From Candidatus Sumerlaeaceae bacterium (GTDB taxonomy: Bacteria; Sumerlaeota; Sumerlaeia; Sumerlaeales; Sumerlaeaceae), in the NCBI GenBank assembly GCA_049968255.1, contig JBMFRB010000001.1, forward strand, positions 192,001-256,000: a stretch of DNA of 64,000 nucleotides. The letters run 5' to 3'. The notes beneath the pieces are model-generated. The model ran no database searches. It saw nothing but the letters and a program-made list of their open reading frames with translations, and was not told where the DNA came from. The position numbers and the translations under genes were made by a program. This document shows positions 49,932 to 59,768 of the stretch, piece after piece; position 1 is the stretch's first letter; every line of letters begins with the position of its first letter.

Positions 49932-50928
49932 CAAACATAATCCATCAGAAGCGACGCCGACCCACAAGACGAACACGTTCTCCGCGGAAGCTCAAGTGCA
50001 GCCCAACGCGGCATTTCGCTCGGGTTTCGTGGCAATTCTCGGTAAACCGAATGCGGGGAAATCCACTCTGCTCAACGCCCTGGTTGGGGAACGCCTGGCC
50101 ATTGTGTCAGACAAACCGCAGACCACTCGCGACCGCGTCGCAGGAGTCCTCACGACAGACAATTATCAGGTCGTGTTTCTAGATACTCCGGGAATCATCG
50201 TGCCACGCGATCGATTCAATGAAGCGCTGATTGAACGCGTGGACGAGGCGGTCGAAGATGCCGATGTGCTCTATCACCTTGTAGACGCGACGGACGCCGA
50301 ACCACCAAACGAGCGCCTTGTGCAAGCGCTGGCGCGTGGGCAGGCAGTAGTACGTTTTCTCGTGCTAAATAAAATTGACAAGATAACAAATGAACCAAAG
50401 AATGCACTTCCCCCCGGCATCGATCCATCACAATACAGTGCTGTGTTTCGCATTTCCGCTCTCCACAAACAGGGCATTGAATCCCTCCTGGAGGCGACGG
50501 TCGCGCAACTGCCCGAGGGACCGCTGTATTATGATCCAGAGCAGATCACGGATCGAGAAGAGCGGTTTTTTGCAGCGGAGGCCGTGCGCGAAAAGATTCT
50601 GCTCTATACCGATGAGGAAGTCCCTTACTCCGTTTTCACGAAAGTCGAGCAGTTCGAAGAACGACCAGACAAAGACTATATTCGCGTCGTCATTTACGTT
50701 GAACGCGAATCACAAAAGCCGATCATTATCGGTAAAGGTGGAAAGCTCATCAAGCGCATTGGGATGGAAGCGCGGCAGGATATTGAAAAACTGACTGGCA
50801 GACCTGCCTATCTCGAGCTGTGGGTGAAGGTGCGAAAAAACTGGCGCAAAAACGACTTTGACCTACGGAATTTTGGGTTCAAGCCTCCACCGAAAAAAAC
50901 TAGCAAAGAAACACGAAGGTCATGCTGA
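49921..50928 (+). CDS. era: GTPase Era
   Basis: GKPNAGKSTLLN, KPQTTR, DTPG, NKID, EEVPY, SQKPIIIGKGG, LWVKV. Confidence 0.97.
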   Translation: MQNDKHNPSEATPTHKTNTFSAEAQVQPNAAFRSGFVAILGKPNAGKSTLLNALVGERLAIVSDKPQTTRDRVAGVLTTDNYQVVFLDTPGIIVPRDRFNEALIERVDEAVEDADVLYHLVDATDAEPPNERLVQALARGQAVVRFLVLNKIDKITNEPKNALPPGIDPSQYSAVFRISALHKQGIESLLEATVAQLPEGPLYYDPEQITDREERFFAAEAVREKILLYTDEEVPYSVFTKVEQFEERPDKDYIRVVIYVERESQKPIIIGKGGKLIKRIGMEARQDIEKLTGRPAYLELWVKVRKNWRKNDFDLRNFGFKPPPKKTSKETRRSC

Positions 50929-52340
50929 GCTCTTCCCGCTTTGAATGCTGCCTTAGGCGCCTTGCGAGATTTCTCATGTCCAAAGTTTGGCTCGCTGCAT
51001 GTCTCTGTGCCCTGGAGATGCAACCTAGCCACGCTGGCTCAGCAACGCCAAACACAAGGATCAACGAAAACGGCACTACTGTCGTTGCTGATGCTACAAC
51101 AGATTTTCTCAGCGATGACGGCTGGCGGCAGCTACCACGCACAGAACGACAGCGTTACTTCCAGCGTAGCCTACTCGCGAAGCTTGAACCGACAGGTCAG
51201 CCGGCCCTAGAGAAGCTTTCGCTCTATGTCGAGCGTTACAAAGATGCTGTGGTATTCGACGGCCGTTTGGTGGTGTTTTCCGTACGCGCAGTGGTCAACG
51301 ATTTTCGCCACCGCAAGATCTCACTCGAAGGCGAAGTCTCCGTCACGCAATACAAAAGCGGGCTAGCCAGTGCACTCGAGGCCCTAGGCTTTGACCTTGT
51401 GCGCAATGACATCGTGGTTTTGCCCTGTGCCAGCTCTGGAAATAAGAGCTTTGGTGTGGCGACGACGGTGACGGCGGCCATGCGTCGCGAGCCACGGGAA
51501 CGGGCCGAGCAGGTGAATTCGATCGCCCTTGGATGGCCTGTGCGCGTGCTGCGAAGTGCTCGACCGGACGATCTCACGACTGGCGCTACACGTGGGACGT
51601 TTCGTGCTCCGCGCAGCTTTAGCAACTCCGTGAATGCAGAGCCGCGAGAATCAGCAAAATCCGACTTCGACGTGTCGCAGTGGTTATTGGTCCAAAGCGC
51701 GGAGGGCTACATCGGCTTTGTCCGGCGCGAGGGCATCAAATTTATGAGCGAGTACCGCTTGCCTGATGCCATGCTTCTCGTGCCCACCACCGCCACGCTT
51801 GCAAACGGAAGCGTGCTGCTTCTTCCTACAGCCACAGGTTTGAGAAAAGCCCCCGATGGACGGTGGAGCATTGATTTGGCCAGCGAGCAGCTTCAACTGC
51901 AACTGCCAATGAACCACGTGAGTAGCACCCGTGCTACGTTCACGAGCAGCATGATCCTAGAACTGGCACAGCCGCTCCTGGGCACCAAATATGTCTGGGG
52001 CGGCGTTACAAATTTCGGCATAGATTGCTCGGGTTTTACGCAATTCATTTACCGTTGTAAGGGCCTCCATCTTCCACGCGACGCCGAGGAACAAGCCATT
52101 GTGGGGATGATTGTTGGTTTTGGCCCCCAAGTTGTGCCAAATTTGCGAGCTGGAGATCTTGTCTTTTTCGTTAACGAGCGCGGGAAGGTCTCTCACGTCG
52201 CTATTTCCCTGGACGGGGAAAAAATTATTCACTCGTCGCAGCGCGATGTTCACTTGGACTCGCTGACCTCTGTTCGTGAGGACGGCGAGGCCCCGTTGGC
52301 GGAACGCATTCTCTATGCGCGACGAGTGGTCGGATGGTAG
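50922..52340 (+). CDS. Secreted NlpC/P60 (C40) peptidase with SH3-like domains
   Basis: YVWGGVTNFGIDCSGFTQ, LPRDAEEQ, GDLVFF, SHVAI...IIHSS. Start may be ATG 50976. Confidence 0.88.
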   Translation: MLSSSRFECCLRRLARFLMSKVWLAACLCALEMQPSHAGSATPNTRINENGTTVVADATTDFLSDDGWRQLPRTERQRYFQRSLLAKLEPTGQPALEKLSLYVERYKDAVVFDGRLVVFSVRAVVNDFRHRKISLEGEVSVTQYKSGLASALEALGFDLVRNDIVVLPCASSGNKSFGVATTVTAAMRREPRERAEQVNSIALGWPVRVLRSARPDDLTTGATRGTFRAPRSFSNSVNAEPRESAKSDFDVSQWLLVQSAEGYIGFVRREGIKFMSEYRLPDAMLLVPTTATLANGSVLLLPTATGLRKAPDGRWSIDLASEQLQLQLPMNHVSSTRATFTSSMILELAQPLLGTKYVWGGVTNFGIDCSGFTQFIYRCKGLHLPRDAEEQAIVGMIVGFGPQVVPNLRAGDLVFFVNERGKVSHVAISLDGEKIIHSSQRDVHLDSLTSVREDGEAPLAERILYARRVVGW

Positions 52341-52403
52341 GGCTGAGGTTTTCTTGCTGCGTGGATAGCAAACAATCTAGGTGATCGGCCGTATTCTTTC
52401 GAC

Positions 52404-53075
52404 GTGAACACTTTTCAACAGCAGCCAGTAACCCTGGTGATCACAGAGATTTACCTTTCGATTCAGGGCGAATCCACGTGGGCGGGATGCCCCTGCGTGT
52501 TTGTGCGCCTCACAGGTTGCCCGTTGCGGTGCAGCTACTGTGACACTGAATACGCGTTCACCGGGGGCAGGCGGATACGGCTCGAAGATGTTCTCGCAGA
52601 GGTAGCAAGCTTCGGTTGTCCACTTGTCGAAATTACGGGGGGTGAGCCACTAGCTCAGCCCGCATGTGTAGAGCTGTTGCGGATTCTGGTGACGCACGGC
52701 TTCACAGTGCTCCTGGAAACTAGTGGTGCTTTTTCTCTCGCCAATGTGCCCGCGGAGGTGCGAAAGATCATGGACCTCAAGTGTCCGTCGAGTGGTGAAG
52801 CTGAGCGTAACCTTTGGGGCAATATCGAATTTCTCCAGCCTCATGACGAAGTGAAATTTGTGATCGGTGACCGCACCGATTTTGAGTGGGCGAGCAAAGT
52901 TTGCCGAGAACATGGCCTCGTCAAACGCGTGCGGGCCGTCCTTTTCAGTCCCGTTTTCGGTAAACTTGCGCCGTTATCTCTCGCACAATGGATTCTCGAT
53001 GAGCGTCTGTTCGATGTGCGCTTGCAGCTTCAGCTTCACAAGTACGTCTGGCCCCCTGAGGCACGTGGCGTCTGA
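52404..53075 (+). CDS. queE: 7-carboxy-7-deazaguanine synthase (radical SAM)
   Basis: EIYLSIQGES, FVRLTGCPLRCSYCDT, ITGGEPL, ETSG, EVKFVI, QLHK. Confidence 0.9.
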   Translation: MNTFQQQPVTLVITEIYLSIQGESTWAGCPCVFVRLTGCPLRCSYCDTEYAFTGGRRIRLEDVLAEVASFGCPLVEITGGEPLAQPACVELLRILVTHGFTVLLETSGAFSLANVPAEVRKIMDLKCPSSGEAERNLWGNIEFLQPHDEVKFVIGDRTDFEWASKVCREHGLVKRVRAVLFSPVFGKLAPLSLAQWILDERLFDVRLQLQLHKYVWPPEARGV

Positions 53076-53079
53076 TCAG

Positions 53080-54153
53080 TCAGCCTCCCAATTGCGCAGC
53101 GATCTGTTCTGCCTCGAGAGTAAAGGCCCGCACAAGGCGCCGCACGGCCTCGTAATCAGTGAGTCGCATAAGACTTGTGGGCGCGTGAATGTAGCGGCAC
53201 GGGACGCTGAGTGTTGCCGTGGGAATGCCTTCGCGCGTGGTGTGAATTCGCGCCGCATTTGTGCCCCCAAAAATTGGGCGTTTAATCTGATAAGGAATTT
53301 GCTCCCTCTCGGCGAGGGATTCGAGAATGCGTACCAGGCGCGGATGGCAGTGGGTGTATTTGTCCATCAACGTGATGGCGGCCCCGGCTCCGATGCGCGT
53401 AGGGCATCGCGCCTCTGGCACACCAGGCACGTCTGCGGCGACGGTGCCCTCAAGCACGAGCGCAAGCGTCGGCGCAATGCGAAAGGCTCCGACCATAGCG
53501 CCACGCGCATTGAGCTCCTCGAAAGTAGAAAAGAGGCCGACGACTTCGATGTTCAAACGAGGTAACTCGGCAAGTGACCAAAATAGCTCGATCAACTGTG
53601 CGCATCCGAGCCGGTCGTCAAAGGCTTTTCCTGCGACGACACCGTTGTTCAGCTCAATAAACCCTTGTGCTGGAACAACACTGTCACCTATGCGAATGCC
53701 CCATGCTGCGACTTCCTCTCTACTCGTGGCGCCAACATCCAGAAAGACATTGTCTAAGCTGATGGGTGTTTTTCTCTCCTCGGCAGGCTGGATATGCGGC
53801 GGCGTCGTTCCTACGATTCCAACGTACTTTTTCGCGTCGCGTGTGCGAATCTCGAGGCGCTGCGCGAGGACAATACGTTCATCCCAGCCACCAATCGGTG
53901 CAAGGCGTAAAAAACCGCTGGCCTCAATATGCGAGACGACAAAACCGACTTCATCCATGTGAGCATCCACGAGAAGCACTGGTGCTGACTGAGAACGCGC
54001 ATGTCGCCGAACAATGAGATTGCCAAGTGCATCGGTTAGAATGTCATCCACACAATCTGCTAATGCTTCGAGAATCAACTCACGCACGTCGTTTTCGTAG
54101 CCGCTGGGGCCGTGAGCTTCGCTCAAGCGACGAATGAGTTCGAGAGTGGTCAT
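53080..54153 (-). CDS. M42 family (TET-like) metallo-aminopeptidase
   Basis: GPSGYE, AHMDEVG, GKAFDDRLG, FEELN, VPCRYIHAP. Start placed at ATG 54153. Confidence 0.92.
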   Translation of the reverse strand: MTTLELIRRLSEAHGPSGYENDVRELILEALADCVDDILTDALGNLIVRRHARSQSAPVLLVDAHMDEVGFVVSHIEASGFLRLAPIGGWDERIVLAQRLEIRTRDAKKYVGIVGTTPPHIQPAEERKTPISLDNVFLDVGATSREEVAAWGIRIGDSVVPAQGFIELNNGVVAGKAFDDRLGCAQLIELFWSLAELPRLNIEVVGLFSTFEELNARGAMVGAFRIAPTLALVLEGTVAADVPGVPEARCPTRIGAGAAITLMDKYTHCHPRLVRILESLAEREQIPYQIKRPIFGGTNAARIHTTREGIPTATLSVPCRYIHAPTSLMRLTDYEAVRRLVRAFTLEAEQIAAQLGG

Positions 54154-54243
54154 TTGGCTCCTCGCGAAAGAGAGTTTCACTGCGCTTACCTAGCAAGAAC
54201 GAACTTGGCAGCAGCCTCTTTACTTCTTCAAGCTCGTAGCCTT

Positions 54244-56172
54244 GTGGAGGCAAGACGGAATCGAAAATCAACGCGCATAGGCTGGATTCTGCGAGCGGAT
54301 GTGTTGTGCTGGATCTGCGCAGGGCTCGCTGGATTTGTCACAGCCGTAGCGCCACACCGCGGGCTGGCTTTGCTTTTTCTTTTCGCAAGCGGCGTGCCTT
54401 TGGCCGCGTTGCTCCGGCGAAAATATTTTCTCACAGAATTTTTCGCTGTGACCGTGGGATGCGCGTTGGTCGTTCTCACACTTTCCGCCGCCATCAGCAT
54501 CATCTTAGGAATATTTGCGTCGCGGTCTGCATTGATGCTACCGGCAGTGCTCGCATTTCTCGCTGGAGTGCGGTTGCGGGGGGCTCAGATCGAACTTTGC
54601 TGCGCTCGCCGCGATCTTGCCGCAGCTGGGGTGGGAGCAATTGTGTTGGCAGCGGCATCTTTTGTCTACCTATCGAACGGCCCAGTGGCGACGCCACGTG
54701 GTTACGCTTACATCATGCGCCATTGGCTCGCTCGCGATGGAGCTTACCTCTTTGGACTTGTTCAGGAGGCACTCGAGCGTCGCAGCTATCCTGATGAAAA
54801 CCCGTTCATGGCTGGCGTGCCAAACTCCTATGCCTCGCTTGGGCACTGCGGCCTGGGACTGCTCTGCACAGCGGAAGGGGAAATTGCCGCGTTTGCGCTT
54901 TGGCCATATGGCATCTTTTTTCATGTCGCTGCTGCTATGCTCCTTGCTCACACCATGGCGCGCGGGAGCAGGGCGAAGACACAGCAGACGCGCTGGGATT
55001 GGGTGCTCCTTGCTGCAGCAGCACTTGTGGCGTGGCGTGCTGATTTCTTTGTGTATCCACAAAGCCAGAGCTATTTTTTGCCTGTGCTGTCGCTTTTCCT
55101 TTGGTGGACATCGCAACGCGGTTGGTGGAAGCTCTCGGCGGCACGCAACATGGCTTTGGGCGGCGCTCTTGTGCTTACAAGCGTGCACACAGTCAGCGCA
55201 GCTGTCGCCCTGTGCGTGCTCGTGGGGGCCACATTTGGGCAGTGGCGTTCGCTGTGGACTTGGCCGCTAGCTTCACAAAGTTTATGGTTGAGCGGCCTCC
55301 TCATTGCACTTTCGAGCTTCTGGTTTTTTGGCGGAACGCCTTACGGACCACGCCTAAGCGCGCCGACCTCTCTGGCACTCGAGCAGCTGCAAAAACATGC
55401 TCTCCCCTATCTTCCCCTTTATATTCTTGTGGGCTGGGGGACGTTCGCCGCATGGCGCCGGCGAGATTATCTGGTATCAAGTGCACTTGGGCTGCTCGGC
55501 GGGCTCGCTATGCTCTACACGTTGGTGGGGATCATGTCAGTAGATCCATTTTCTGTTTTTTTCGCAATTTTCAATGCGCAGCGACTTCCTTATTTCGCAT
55601 CCGTCGTCGCGCTTGCGTATTTGCTAGGGCTCAGCAATGTTGCCCGTGTTGCTGCTGTTTTGCTAGCCGTTTTGCCCCTCATCTTTTTTCCCTCACCACT
55701 TCTCAGGGAAACATGGAACCTCGTGCTGGCGCCACCACTCGTGTTTACGCCATCTGACATACATGCTTACCATTTCATCCGGGAAGAGACGCCACCGCGT
55801 GCGCGGTTCCTCAGCAATGCTGAACATTGGGGGCTAGCCACTTTCACAGGACGCACGGAATTTGCACGGGGACCGGTGCCAGCCTTTGGCCTCCACACCG
55901 TTCCGGAGGACGAGGCCTACCGTCTGTTTGCTCTTCGCGAGGCCTTTTTGCAAGGACAGCACATGCAGGAATTGTGGCGGGTGCTTCACGACAGATTCCG
56001 AATAGAGTACGTGCTCCTTGAACATGCCAAAGCAAAAAGCACTTCGGAATTTGCGCAGCGTCTGGCTATGTTGGAATGGCGCGGGATGAGATTTGTTGTC
56101 GAATTCGACAGCTCACAGACGGTGTTGTTTCATTGGACGCGGCAGGATGATGAGCCACAAGCCAACCCTTAA
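54244..56172 (+). CDS. Polytopic membrane protein, probable GT-C-like glycosyltransferase
   Basis: Many TM helices; loop RDGAYLFGLVQEAL..SYPDENPFMAG; C-terminal YHFIREETPPRARFL typical of GT-C soluble tails. Start uncertain (ORF open from 54112). Confidence 0.55.
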   Translation: MEARRNRKSTRIGWILRADVLCWICAGLAGFVTAVAPHRGLALLFLFASGVPLAALLRRKYFLTEFFAVTVGCALVVLTLSAAISIILGIFASRSALMLPAVLAFLAGVRLRGAQIELCCARRDLAAAGVGAIVLAAASFVYLSNGPVATPRGYAYIMRHWLARDGAYLFGLVQEALERRSYPDENPFMAGVPNSYASLGHCGLGLLCTAEGEIAAFALWPYGIFFHVAAAMLLAHTMARGSRAKTQQTRWDWVLLAAAALVAWRADFFVYPQSQSYFLPVLSLFLWWTSQRGWWKLSAARNMALGGALVLTSVHTVSAAVALCVLVGATFGQWRSLWTWPLASQSLWLSGLLIALSSFWFFGGTPYGPRLSAPTSLALEQLQKHALPYLPLYILVGWGTFAAWRRRDYLVSSALGLLGGLAMLYTLVGIMSVDPFSVFFAIFNAQRLPYFASVVALAYLLGLSNVARVAAVLLAVLPLIFFPSPLLRETWNLVLAPPLVFTPSDIHAYHFIREETPPRARFLSNAEHWGLATFTGRTEFARGPVPAFGLHTVPEDEAYRLFALREAFLQGQHMQELWRVLHDRFRIEYVLLEHAKAKSTSEFAQRLAMLEWRGMRFVVEFDSSQTVLFHWTRQDDEPQANP

Positions 56173-56581
56173 GAAAATTGGAATAAAGAAGCCGCTTGTG
56201 CGAGTTGTCGCCGGCGTCGCAAGGCGCCAAGCCCATGTCTTTGTGGCGAAGCGGCGTGCCGATGACAGCCTCGGTGGATTTTGGGAATTTCCAGGGGGCA
56301 AAGTCGAGGAAGGGGAAACACCGGAGGCGGCGCTCAAGCGTGAGTTTTTTGAGGAATTTGGTGCTCTGGTCGAGGTCGGTTCTTTCCTTGGCTCAAACAC
56401 ACACGAGTACGACCATGTGATCATTGAGCTCATAGGTTATGAAGTATCTTTGCTCGGAGCAATATCACGCATGGATGCTCATGAATGCATGGCATGGGTC
56501 CCGATAGCTGATTTGGAGTTTTACGACTTGGCGCCTGCCGATGAGTTTCTGAAAGGGTTTCTAGTGGAAAACCAAGAGTAA
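56147..56581 (+). CDS. MutT/NudG-family Nudix pyrophosphohydrolase
   Basis: GGFWEFPGGKVEEGETPEAALKREFFEE; HEYD; LAPAD. Confidence 0.9.
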   Translation: MMSHKPTLKKIGIKKPLVRVVAGVARRQAHVFVAKRRADDSLGGFWEFPGGKVEEGETPEAALKREFFEEFGALVEVGSFLGSNTHEYDHVIIELIGYEVSLLGAISRMDAHECMAWVPIADLEFYDLAPADEFLKGFLVENQE

Positions 56582-56587
56582 CGGTGA

Positions 56588-57976
56588 ATGAAGCAGTGGG
56601 AGTATGAGCTGTTGGCGCGACGAAACCCAAGCATTCGAAGGCATGTCGTGTTCTTGCTTGTGTTGCTTGCCTTTTGGCAAGGCGTTTCATGCTTTGGTAA
56701 TTTATTAGCAAAAACTCAAGCTACGACAAGCACGGTCGTAGCCGTTCCACGCCAGGCACAGCCATTGACGACAGGCGCCCTTATTATTCAGAATAACTCG
56801 CCATTCCAGATTGTGACGTTACGGATATCGACGTCGCGCACTCCGGACCTGAGCACGTTCGATAGCATTCTCCTAGAGGTGCAGCGGCGTGCTGCCGAAC
56901 AAACGACGGTTGCGTTGGCTCATTCTGCTTACAACTTGGTATCGGAATTTCGCCCGTATAACTGGATTTCGGCCAAACCAACGGAGGAGGTCTTTGATCC
57001 CGTAAAACTTTTTAATGTTTACGGTTACGGACTTTGCGATGCTGCAGCCCGAGCACTGGCAACTATTCTCTGGGGGCTACAAATCCGGGCGCAAGTTTGG
57101 GATCTCCGTGTGCACGTCGTCGCTGAATTTTTCGATGGCAAACACTGGCAAGGGCTCGACCCGGATATGCGTGTCCATGCTTACGTGGGGACGACTTCGC
57201 GCACGTTGCCAGCCCGTTACTATTGGGGCTTCCGACAGAAACTCCAACCTGCTGAGGTTTCTGATCCGAACATGGCACAGATGCTACGCAAACAGCTTGT
57301 CTCTGCCCTGGACCAGGTCACTTCACCGCCGCAGCGCGCCTATTGGCGCCCATTCTCCGCGCATGATGCGAGGCTTCGATTACGACCTGGTGAGCAAGTC
57401 ATTCGTTATTCGGATTCGCGCTTGGGTTATTACGCTACTCTCTCCACCGAGCCACCCCCGCTCTATGCCAACGCTGTTTTTCGTTGGGAACGGGAGCTTC
57501 CCGCAGAGATTCCAAGTGACGACGATCTTGACGACATGGCAATTCGCTCACGATTTCCATTCGTTATCGTTGGTGGCACCATCCACATCACAAGTCTCGA
57601 AGCAGGAGTACCACCGCCGGTGCCTTGGGTAATCACTGGCAACGGAGACTATGAACGATGCCCGCTCATCTCGACGGCGGAGAACGCTTTTGAAAGTTCT
57701 GCCACCTACGAGCTACCCCCGGCTATCATTGGACGCTATGATTTCACGGTACGGCTCTGCGGCGAGGACCTGTTTTCTTGCAACAATCTGCCGCGTGTGC
57801 GCTATGAGCAGACTGTCATCACGCAGTGCAGCTCTTCGACGTTCCCTGCAATCCCCGAAGGCGAGGGTGACGAGCTTGTGCGAGTGGAAACCTCCGATAA
57901 TGCCCTTTTCGATATGACGTTGTTGTACCGCACTGGGGACGATCTCCCTGATGATTTTAGCGTTTTGACGGAGTGA
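56588..57976 (+). CDS. Exported transglutaminase-like (Cys-His-Asp) protein
   Basis: N-terminal hydrophobic segment; NVYGYGLCDAAARAL, HVVAEFFDGKHWQGLDPD. Confidence 0.65.
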   Translation: MKQWEYELLARRNPSIRRHVVFLLVLLAFWQGVSCFGNLLAKTQATTSTVVAVPRQAQPLTTGALIIQNNSPFQIVTLRISTSRTPDLSTFDSILLEVQRRAAEQTTVALAHSAYNLVSEFRPYNWISAKPTEEVFDPVKLFNVYGYGLCDAAARALATILWGLQIRAQVWDLRVHVVAEFFDGKHWQGLDPDMRVHAYVGTTSRTLPARYYWGFRQKLQPAEVSDPNMAQMLRKQLVSALDQVTSPPQRAYWRPFSAHDARLRLRPGEQVIRYSDSRLGYYATLSTEPPPLYANAVFRWERELPAEIPSDDDLDDMAIRSRFPFVIVGGTIHITSLEAGVPPPVPWVITGNGDYERCPLISTAENAFESSATYELPPAIIGRYDFTVRLCGEDLFSCNNLPRVRYEQTVITQCSSSTFPAIPEGEGDELVRVETSDNALFDMTLLYRTGDDLPDDFSVLTE

Positions 57977-58087
57977 AGCCCCATATCCCCCGGAATCATC
58001 GCGTTGACGGCTTTGTTGGGACGAATTGCTCAGCAGAGACGCTCCTGCCAAGGGCCGCAAGAACCTGACAGTGCCAAGACGCCACTT

Positions 58088-59605
58088 TTAACGCCAACTC
58101 GCCATCACACGTGGAAGCTTATCAGCCACCTCACTGGCCAAAACACCACATTCGCCTACGAGTTGGGCACACAGACGCCCTGCTTCCAAATGCAAACGAG
58201 CACCGAGCACAGCTGCACGCCAAGCCTCAAGACCTTGGCCCACAAGCGCTGCAATCACCCCAGAAAGGACGTCGCCCGTACCACCTTTGGCGAGGGCCGA
58301 ACAGGCACCCGCATTGATCCACACTTGGCCGTCCGGACGCGCGATGAGGGTATCGGGCCCCTTGAGAAGCACTACGGCATTGGTTCGCACCGCTGCGGAT
58401 GTCGCTGCAGCAAATCGATCCAGCTGAACTTCCTGAGGAGTAAGTTTGAGCAAGCGGGCCATCTCGCCAGGGTGTGGAGTAAGAATAACATTTTCCCGCA
58501 ATTTCGGCATGCCCCATGCTGCGAGGATCGTGAGGGCATCTGCGTCGACAACCATCGGTAACGAGAGTTCGGACACAAGTGCATGCACCAACTCGCGTTG
58601 ACCTGGTCCTGTTCCCAACCCCATTCCCACGGCCAGAACATCTAGCTTCGCTGCTGTTTCCGCAATTACAGGGAATCCAGAATCGTCAAGCCACCGGCCA
58701 TCGCGCGATGGAACAATGACAGTGACTGCCTCGGGAAGAGCCATTTTCGCGATGGGGTTCAAAGACTCTGTTGTGAAAAGGTAGACGAGCCCTGCGCCGC
58801 TGCGCAGCGCTGCACGAGCAGCAAGAAGGGCTGCCCCAGCGAAGGGCGGAGACCCAGCCACAACACCAACTTTGCCAAACGTGCCTTTGTTGGCTGTGAT
58901 CGGACGAGGCGGAAGCCAGCCTTGAAGCTCATTCTGCGTGGCAAGGTTATAGCACCACTCGTCACTGGCGAGAAGCTGCTGTGGGAAATTGATCCGTTCG
59001 ACGATCAGCTCGCCCGTGTAAAGCGAGCCTGGAAGCGTCACGGTGCACAGTTTCGGGGCCCCAATTGCAACCGTGAGATCGGCTTGCACCACCGGCCCCA
59101 AGTGCTCTTGTGGCGCGAGCTCCCGCACGCCTGATGGCACGTCCACAGCCAAGACGGTGGATGAAGCCGCGCAAATCGCTTGCACCGCTTCCGCAAAAAC
59201 TCCGCGAAGCGACCCGCGAATCCCCGTGCCACAAACAGCGTCCACAACAAGATCAGCATGGCTAAGGTGGTCGCGCAGCTCAGCTGCGCTTACGATCGAG
59301 ACGCCGGCTTCCTCGGCTTCCCGCAAGGCTACCTCAGCAGCTCCTTTTAGACTGCTCGGCTCTCCCACTGCCACCACCTTGACATTTGTGCCGGCCTGTT
59401 TGAGATAGCGCGCCGCAACATAGCCATCGCCAGCATTGTTGCCTTTTCCGCATACCACCAGAGCGAAACGGGGCTCAAACCGCTCGCGAGCTATCCGTGC
59501 GACAGCGCGCCCTGCCTCTTCCATGAGTGCCTGCTCCGCGATGCCGAATTCGGTCCGCGCCCGAGCATCGACAGCTCGCATTTGTTCATTTGTCAGCACT
59601 TTCAT
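58088..59605 (-). CDS. nnr: Bifunctional NAD(P)H-hydrate epimerase/dehydratase
   Basis: CGKGNNAGDG, DAVCGTG, VDVPSG; NKGTFG, GMGLG, VDADAL, LTPHPGE, GGTGDVLSG. Confidence 0.96.
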   Translation of the reverse strand: MKVLTNEQMRAVDARARTEFGIAEQALMEEAGRAVARIARERFEPRFALVVCGKGNNAGDGYVAARYLKQAGTNVKVVAVGEPSSLKGAAEVALREAEEAGVSIVSAAELRDHLSHADLVVDAVCGTGIRGSLRGVFAEAVQAICAASSTVLAVDVPSGVRELAPQEHLGPVVQADLTVAIGAPKLCTVTLPGSLYTGELIVERINFPQQLLASDEWCYNLATQNELQGWLPPRPITANKGTFGKVGVVAGSPPFAGAALLAARAALRSGAGLVYLFTTESLNPIAKMALPEAVTVIVPSRDGRWLDDSGFPVIAETAAKLDVLAVGMGLGTGPGQRELVHALVSELSLPMVVDADALTILAAWGMPKLRENVILTPHPGEMARLLKLTPQEVQLDRFAAATSAAVRTNAVVLLKGPDTLIARPDGQVWINAGACSALAKGGTGDVLSGVIAALVGQGLEAWRAAVLGARLHLEAGRLCAQLVGECGVLASEVADKLPRVMASWR

Positions 59606-59768
59606 TTGTTGCGGCTCCCTAGAAAGTTTTGTGGAATCACCTTGACGTGACCATAGACTTCAAGCCCACTAGATACACCGGCGACAGTTGAGTTAAAGCA
59701 TTTTCTTGACTTCACCAAGAAGCACGCGCGAACCAAAGTAAGTTGTCGAACTTAGATGAGGGCATAAC

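Noticed and set aside
52404-53075. queE as part of a 7-deazaguanine DNA-modification (dpd) system
   Set aside because: There are no dpdA/tgt-like, queC/queD or restriction genes nearby; ordinary queuosine synthesis is the simpler reading.
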